Assembly: GCA_937902895.1 (NCBI GenBank)
Contig: CALELF010000144.1
Coordinates: 1-62,698, forward strand
DNA length: 62,698 nt
DNA from: an uncultured Synergistaceae bacterium
GTDB taxonomy: Bacteria > Synergistota > Synergistia > Synergistales > Synergistaceae
Direction: 5' to 3'
Under the pieces are notes generated by a model that made no database searches, had not been told where the DNA came from, and saw nothing but the letters and a program-made list of their open reading frames with translations. A program made the position numbers and the translations under genes. This document shows, in pieces, positions 37,501 through 46,500 of this stretch (positions within the stretch are counted from its first letter, which is position 1; each line of letters opens with the position of its first letter).

Positions 37501-40500
37501 TACTCTGCATCTTATGGTGGTGTAGCACTCAGCATTTCAACATCACTCAATGATGTAAAGAGAAACAACAAGGTTAACATTGCTGGTAGTGTCTTTACAT
37601 ACGGTGATGCAAAAATCTATACAGGTTTGGATACAACAGCACACTTGCAGAACTTCAAGGCTGACATGAGAGCAATTGCCGCTGCAGAAGCTATCATAGG
37701 TATTCCTGTTCCTGTTTCCAACAGAACATTTACCTTCAGCAACCTTGTTAATATTACAGGCACTGGTTCTGTCTTGGCAGGTCAGGATATTAATATTACC
37801 ACAACAGATGGTCTTGAATCAGTTTACTACGATGCAACAGCAAAGACCCTCTACGGCGGCGGACAAACCGCTAAATTGGTTGGTAACGTCCATGGTGACG
37901 ATGTCGCACAGTATAAGGGTAAGACTTCAACAAACGAAGTGACAGTTGATGGTATTGTTAAGACTGGTCTCATCAAGAGCCTTGATATTACAATTGCAGA
38001 TGATGCCAATGGCGGTAAATTGTTAGACGGTTACAGCTACGATCAAGCCGGTACAAATAACGGTGGTTATAAGCTTTCAATTGTGGCTAAGACAACAGAC
38101 GAAAATGGCAGTGATTTATTGTTGGATGAAGAAGGTTATGTTTTAGACAGCGAAGGACATAGAACAGATAAACAAGTTGATAATGCTTTAATTAATGAAA
38201 TCAAAAATAACTCGCAGTACTATGAATACAAGTATGCAGAGTCACTCTACTCACGTTATACTGAGATAAATAGCGCTTTGGCTTCAACCACACTTACAAA
38301 AGCAGAGAGACTTGCATTACAGGCAGAGCGTGATAGCCTTGTCGCAAAGTTAACTCCATTCTGCAACACGAATACAGATGGAACATTAGAACTCGTTGCA
38401 GAGTCAAGCATTCCAGCCTTCAAGCTTGCAGACTTCCAGATTTCAAATGGTAGTGTCTATATCACAACAGATAAGATTAAGGGTAGCAATGGTGGCACCG
38501 GTAAGATTATGTCTGTCGCAACAGAAGACATTAATATCACCGATTCATCTAATGCATATCTAGTGATAGGTAACATTGGTATCCTTGGTAACGCTGGTCA
38601 TGTCTATGTAAGAGATGCAGAAATGAGAAAAGTTTACAAGAATTACAATGATACCAATGCAGCTCTTACAACAGCTAACGGCAAAATTAGCAATGTAGCT
38701 ATGTATGCTTCTATTTCTAATAATAGCGTGCCAGATTTAACAATAACAAAGAATTATACTGGCGAAGTGTCAAAACAAGTGTACTTTGCAAAACAAGATG
38801 TATCACAAGATGATCCAACAGTATCAGGATCTGAAAAAGAGTATACGGTAAAGCACGCTTTTGCACCAACCCTTCATGTAGCCGGACGTATTTCTAACAT
38901 GTCAGGCAATGTAACACTTGACAATTCAGGTAGTGCAGGTGCTGGTGAAGTTAAGGTTGCCGCAATTGGCGAACTTGGTTATGACGAAGCGGTGATATCT
39001 TCACTCAAGACATCTATAATTGCAAAGAACGTTGAAATTGGTTATTCAGCAGGAACATACAATGTTGCTGGTGATCCAAGAATGGCTTCCGGTGTTCAGG
39101 ATTTATGGCACACAGGTGACTACTCTATAAACAACTTCATTGGCGAAGGTCAAGGCTATAAATTTGGTGATAAGAAGACCTATACAGCACAAACTTCTAA
39201 ATCTACTACATCAGATACTACATCAGGTATCATGGCATTAGAATCCGTTAGAATTTCTTCCGAAGTTATCAACGTAAACGGAAGAATCCAGAGTGGTATC
39301 AATAGACACACTGCAACAATTGATTCCGTTAAGGAAAATGGCAACATAGTTACCTTTGCCTTCACCCCAGTTGATACAAAAGCAAATGTTTCTTATGATA
39401 AGGCAAACGCCGCCAACTTAGCAGCAGAAGAGTTACAGAAAAAATATAATGATGCTAACGGTGAAAAGGGCACAACCTATAAATTCTCTTCATACAAGAG
39501 TGGCGATAAATATTACATCAAGGCTGAAGCAGTAATTGACACTTCTGTTGCATCGAACTCCTCCGAAGGTTATGTAATTAACCAGGGTGGTTTGAAGAAC
39601 AATGGCTCGTCTTATGTTAATGAAATTCAGCTCTACTACGACAAGGCAACAAAGTCTGTGAAGATGCAAGACATAGCAAGCAAGGGTGGCGAGGTTACAC
39701 TTATTGGTAACATTGTTTCAACTGGAAATGGCGAAATAGTTGTTGCTTCCGGTGCTGCAACAATTGATGTTACAAATGACACGAACTACACCTTGAAAGC
39801 AGGTGAAATTGACAACCAGGGTGGTTATGGTAAGATTTCTCTCACAGACGCACAGCAGAATGTAAAGACACAGCTTTACTACAGTGATGGAAACAACATT
39901 GCCTATGGTACAGTTGTGAAACTTGGCGGAAATGTAGATACACATGGTGTTAAATCCGATAAGTTGCTCTTAGCAATAGAGGATGGAGCGGTAACTCGTG
40001 GTACCACAAATGATGTTAAGGATTACATAACCTTTACTTCAGAGAATGGCAAGATTACCTCAGCAAACTTCTTGCCAGAAAAGAATTCTGCACTTTCTTG
40101 GTCTGATTCAAGAGTAACAGACTTCTCTGTTGCAGAAACCGAATATAAGCGTAAAAAGTGGGTATTTGGTTGGAGAGACAAGAGTGGTTGGGAATATCAG
40201 TATACAACCTCAAAGAGAACTGACGCTGGTGATAGCAACACCCCAACAGATCCATCAAAGTTGGAAGATTTAACCCTAACAAAACGTGACTTTGGTGATA
40301 AAGACTTTGCTGCTGATGTTTCTTCAGAAGCTACAAGCTCTACAAAAGATAGTGGTTCATACACACCAGGCACAGACGGTTACAAACTTGGTAAGAAAGA
40401 AGAACCCGGTTGGTCAAAAGGTTGGGCAACACGTCGCACATACAGAAGAGACCTTGTCTATTCAACAAGGCGTGAGTATGATGTTACCTACACCTTGAAG

Positions 40501-43500
40501 GCAGATTCTTCAATTAAGCTTTCATCACTTGGTAACTATAACCTTGCTGCTGAAAAGAACAAAGGACTTTCTGCTAACATGATTAGCTTGAAGTCTGGTG
40601 GTAACATTGAATTAACTGGTAACATCACTTCAGCTGGTGATGCTAAATTTAAGGCAGATGCCACAGGAAGCATTACTCAATCTAATGGTAGGACACTTGT
40701 CGGACAGGATATAGACCTTAATGCTTCCACAGGTAGCATAGGTACAGTTACAGACGATACCTACGAAGGCTCAAAGGCTGGTGCAATTTCAATTGTTTCA
40801 AATGACACCCACTATACACTTGATGCGGATAACAATAAAGTTGCAGATGGTGTTGTTGATTTGAAGGCAAAGGCTTCCAGTGATTTGAATGTTGATGTCC
40901 GTAACGGTTCTGTATCGAAGGATGTTTATGCAATTGACTATGAAACTGGTAACATTTATCTCGATGTGGCTGCAACGAAAGATGCAACCTTGACAGCAGC
41001 TGCCAACCTCAAGTTGGATAACGTTACAGCAGGTGAAAGAGCCGTAATTACAGCTGAGAAGGATATCAAGGGAACTAATGCATTTAAGACCCAATTAGGA
41101 AAAGATGAGACTGCGAAGGCAGACCTCACAGCCAGAAGAATCAATGTAGCATCTGAAGATGGTTCAATTAAGCTTAATGTTAATGCCGGACAGGAAATTA
41201 CAAACTCTGGTGCCAGCTCACTCTCCGCAAGCCTTAATGCACAGGCTGACGGTAATGTTGAGTTACGTCAGGTGTCTGGCAACATGAGACTCGGCACAGT
41301 TTATTCCGAGAATGGCAATGTAACGCTTCGTGCAGAAGATACAGATGCGGGTCTTATCGTTGATGTATTGCCATCAACGGCAACAGTTTATGATTCAGCA
41401 GCTGAAGATTCCGTCAAAAAGTGGCAGGATACTGGTTTGCTCGGTAGTGATGACATAATCTTGCCAGGTGGAAAGGCAAAAGCTTCCTTGAAAGACAGAA
41501 TGGATGCTTACGAAGCTGGTACTGTAACAGCAGAAGAGGCAGGCCTCACAGCTTATGAAAAGAAGCTTATTGATGATAAACTGGCATTTATAGCTGACAG
41601 AACAAACGAATATAACGAGTATATTGCAGCTTTGAATGCACATGAAGGTAAGGTTAAGTCTTACGAAGCAAACATAGAGCTCAAGTTTAATAGCTACAAG
41701 GCTGCAGAAGCTGATTATCAAGCCAAACATGCTGCTTGGGTAGCTGCCGGTGGCACTGGTGATGAGCCACAGAGATCAGAAAGCCTTAAAGCACTTAAAG
41801 CTCAATTTACAAAAGCAGGAACAACAGATCAAGTTTATGCAGATGCAGATGCATACATTGCAGACAATCCATACAAAGACACAGTCCTTGAGAGCTATCA
41901 GTATTCAAGGGCACAGAAGCTTGATGCAAATGGCAACTTGCTCTACACAAAGGGTGGCGAAGAGTATTACATCAAGGAAACAAATAACTTCACACTTACA
42001 TTTACAAAGACTGCAGGAACGGGTGATGATTCTTATACTTCATTCGGTGACTTGAACGGTGCAGTTACAACCTTGAATGAAAACGCTCCTGAAGGCACAT
42101 CTTATAGATTGGTCAGAGTTGGTTATGCAGACAACAAGGATATCTATGAGATTGAACAAGCACAAGTTGTAGAAGTTGATGGCAAGAGCACAACACAGAG
42201 AACATCATACGCAACCTACAACTTTAGTAGAGAGATGGGTACATCTACACAAACAGTTTACAAAGCTGACGGAACAGAAGCTTCAGACGTTTCTGCAGCT
42301 GACTTGACACCTACCTACGTGTATAAATCACGCTTTGAGCAAATTGATAACGTTGCAGCAGATGGAACCGTTACATTGAAGTCTGTGAACCTTATTAAGG
42401 ATGCAAAAGGTAATATTACAGGAACAAGTCTTTATAAGAATGCCCAAGCTTACTACAACGCAGGAGAAAATGGTGCAGCCTTAGCAAAGCTTTCCGCAAC
42501 ACCAAATTATAAAGCTACAAAAGACAAGTTGCTCTACGCAGTTGAGGATTCTATCATTCACAAGAAGGCTGGTCAGTCAAGCGATATCGAAGTAAAGCAG
42601 GCTAATGTTTCTGCAAAGAATATTGACATTAGAGCAAAAGGTATCGGTTATGCTAATGTTGACGCAAGAGTCATTGAAGTTACAGATGATACGAAGTCTG
42701 ATGATCTAAAGCTTCTTGCAAACACACCTTCAGTTGACGTTGTTGCAGAGGTTACATACGGTTATCAGCTTGACGAAAACGGTAACAAGATTTCAAGAGA
42801 AAACTTGTCAAATTCAACTACAGGTGAGCAATTCTCAAAACTGTCTGCTTCTGAAAAAGCTGACATTGATGCTTATAATCAGACGTTAGCAGAAGCAGGT
42901 CTTGAGGCAATAGACTATGAGAATTATTTAGTTACCCAAGACATAACCAAGTTCTATGTTGCAGGTAAACGCACACTTGGTTTGAATTTGGTAGATCAAA
43001 CGAATGGCAAAATTACCATAGAAGCTACAGGGTCAAAAGCAGGTAAAAACGCAAAAGAAGCAGGTGCTGCAGGTGACGTGTTCATTGCATCACGTGATCT
43101 TGATGCTACAACAACAGCAGGCGAAGCACTTTACTTCGATAAAGTGAACGCGACAGATGCTGTCCGCATCTTGGGTAAGAATGGTGTTTATGCAAAAGAT
43201 GGTGCTATCTTCACAGCTAATTCCTTCTACATTGAAGGCGGACAGGGTGGCATCGGTGGAGCAGGTAATGCATTGGCATTAAACTTCATAGGTTCAAATA
43301 ATACACGCTATGCTTACCTCAATGCAGCAAGCGACATCTTCGTAAAGAACGCAACAATAGACAAATCCGACTTTGTGTTGTTAGGTGTGGCTACAAACGG
43401 TAGCTTTGACATAGATGCCTGTGGCACAAGAGTTGTGATGACAGACACAGTAAATAATACGGCTTTAAGAAAATCTGTTTTGAGATACTTCGATGAATCA

Positions 43501-46500
43501 GATATTGAGGGTGTCAATTTCTTGAATAGCTATGACTACATAGCTGCCAACACAATCACCATAGGTAACTACACTGGCATTGGTAATGGTAAGGGTATGG
43601 CGAATGCACTTCGTGTTTCCATTAACCCAGGCAATACAAATCATCAGAATATCTTGAATTTTGGTACCGCTTCTATGTCAAACAATTCTGGTAACATTTA
43701 TGTCTATGGTATGGGTAATACAACAGACACCTTGAGACTCGCAGATGTTAAATACACTGCAAGCGGAAAGACTCAGAACATTAGTCTTGAGTCACAAGGC
43801 AATATCGAGCTTAAGGGTGAAATAGCTAAAGTTAAGAACCTTGAGCTTGAGGCGAAGTCCAATGTGAAGTTTGCTGGTCATACATCAATAAAGACAGACC
43901 TTGAGAATCTAACTGTTAAGGCTCTTAACGGAGGCATCGCAGACGATTTTGATACTGTCGGAACAGGTGCTGATTCAATTTACGTCACACCTGCGATCTA
44001 CGCAAAGAATGTAACGCTTGAAGCAAGAAATGGAGCTATAGCTCTTGGTGCACGTAATATTGATCCAAATGTCAATGATGAGTTTGTATATGGCGATTAC
44101 AAGTGGGGCAACACAAAGATTGCTGCAAAGGGTGATGTAAGAATTCATGCAAATGCCTATGATGCAAACGGCGTGAATATCACAGCAATTGATAAGTTTA
44201 GTGATCTTGACCCAACAAAGATCTTCACTGGCAACCTCAGCTTCTCAACCAACACAAATATGTCAATCAAGGACATCAAATCCGCTGCTAACCTTACAGC
44301 TACCATAAAAGCAACACAGACGCTTGATGAAAATGGCAAGCCAACGATAGTTGACAAGTATAATGAATTTGGTCAGAAAGACGGTTTTGTCTATGAAACA
44401 AAAAAGACGACCGGTGCAAGCATGTCCATTGACAATGTGTTGATTGGTAGCGAAAATGCTAAAAATGGCACCATGAAGGTCTTGGTGGAAAACAAGGCAG
44501 AAGATGCTACAGTTTCTGTTAAAAATGCAGGTGGATACAAGCTTCACTTAAGAACAGACGCAAAAGGAACAAAGGCTGATATTAATTATGACGCTTCTAA
44601 GTTTGTGGTTGACGACATTGAAGCCTACGGCTTTGTTGAAATGTTGATTGAATTGTTTGGTGCCACCCCAGACTTTAACCTCAGCACCTTGGCAGCAGAA
44701 TACTTAACAATCAGATCAAATGTCGATGGTCTAAAATTAGGCTTAACTAACGGAAATGGCACAAATCAAGTGAGAACATTGCGTTCATTGATAATTGACG
44801 CTTGGGGCGAGGCAAGTGAAATAGCATTAGCTGATGTCCTTGCAACAGAATTCATCCAGGTCAATACTCATAACACAACTGGCTCACGCGTTACCCTTGG
44901 TAATGTCAAGGTTGCCGGCACACCAAAACCAGGTTATGAGAGCGATCCAGTTGTTGGTGGAATAGAAGCAATAGCGGAATCCTTGGTAATGTCTGGCGAC
45001 ATAATTGCTTCTGACTACATCAAGACATCTTCACAAGCTTTGTTAGCATCAGGTGCAACGCTGCAGGCTGGTGATGGCGGAATCGATCTTAAGGTTGCAA
45101 CACAAAAATCCGGCGTGATTCCTGGCACTAGCGCTTTAGTTGATGCAGATGGCAAGATCTATGACAATAGACGCAACCAAATTGGTGAATTTACTGCTAT
45201 TGCTGGAAAGTCACTCACATACGGTGATGCGATCTTTGAGAATGTAACGATTGATTCTGCTGATAAGCTTGCTGTTAACGCAAAGGGCGACATTAGTGTG
45301 ACAAATGATGAGGAAGGTACGGTGTCTGCTGTTAAAAATGCTACATTTACAGCAGGTGATAATGCAACCTTCAACAATGTGTCACTTACATCAACAGCAG
45401 GTGCATCAACAGTTACAGCAAGTGCAGGAAAGGCAAGCTTTGACAATACGTCACTTACATCAGCAGGTGCAATGACAGTCAAAGCTGGTACAGATGCAAC
45501 CTTCAACAATACGTCACTCGATTCAGGCGATAAGCTAACAGTTGATGCAACGAAAGACATTAGTGTAATAGGCAATTCTAATGTGGTATCTCTTAATGAT
45601 GCTACATTTAATGCTGGCAAGGGTGGTAATATCCAGTTTAACTCAACATTCAATTTTGGTAAAGACGACTATACCGCAGACCTCTATATGAAGGCTGGTC
45701 ATAGCATCACAACAACTGAGAACTTGGAGTTCAAAGGTGAGTTGTCACAGATTCTTACAGATGCAGCAACAGATGATCAGGCAATTTCTAACGCGGAATC
45801 TATCCGAGTTGCAAAACTTACACAGACTTCTAACGGTGGCACTATTACTAATAACAGTCAAGTCCGAGCGACCAATGGTGATATTATTCAAAAAATTGCT
45901 AAGAATGGCGTTATTGACAACAAAAGTCTTGTATATGCTGAAAAAGGTAGTATTACACAGAATGCAAATAGCATCAAAAACAATAATTCCTCTTCAGTTG
46001 ATGACAGTTTGGCACTCTTTGCAAAGAAGAACATCACTCAGACTACCAATGGCAATGGTGAAATTATCAATAACGGTATGACTATTGCACGTGAAGGCAA
46101 CATTACCCAGACAGTCAATGGTGATGGTGTGATTTATAACAAGAGCCACGTTTTGGCTGGAAGGGGATCTGCAGACACATTATTTGTTGCTTCTGGCGAC
46201 ATTAGACAGACCATCAAGGGTGACGGTAACATCATTCATGGCACTGGTGCTTCAACAGAAGTTGACAAGTCTAGCGAAAAAGTTATTTTTAACGAAGATG
46301 GTTCAGTTAATACGTTAGCTACGGTTGTTTTACTTGCCTTGAACGGATCTGACGACAATAACAACAATAACAATAATAACAATAATAACAATGGTGGCTC
46401 TAATAAGGATATTAGTGGCAAAACCGCACAACTTGGATTGCGACTTAATGGAGACGGTACACTTAATAAGGTTCTTACCATTATTGGATTAGCTGGTAAA

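Noticed and set aside
45240-45660. Regularly spaced ~60-nt repeats that might look like a CRISPR array.
   Set aside because: They are imperfect, in-frame 20-aa beta-helix rungs within the coding sequence. There are no conserved direct repeats with unique spacers and no cas genes.
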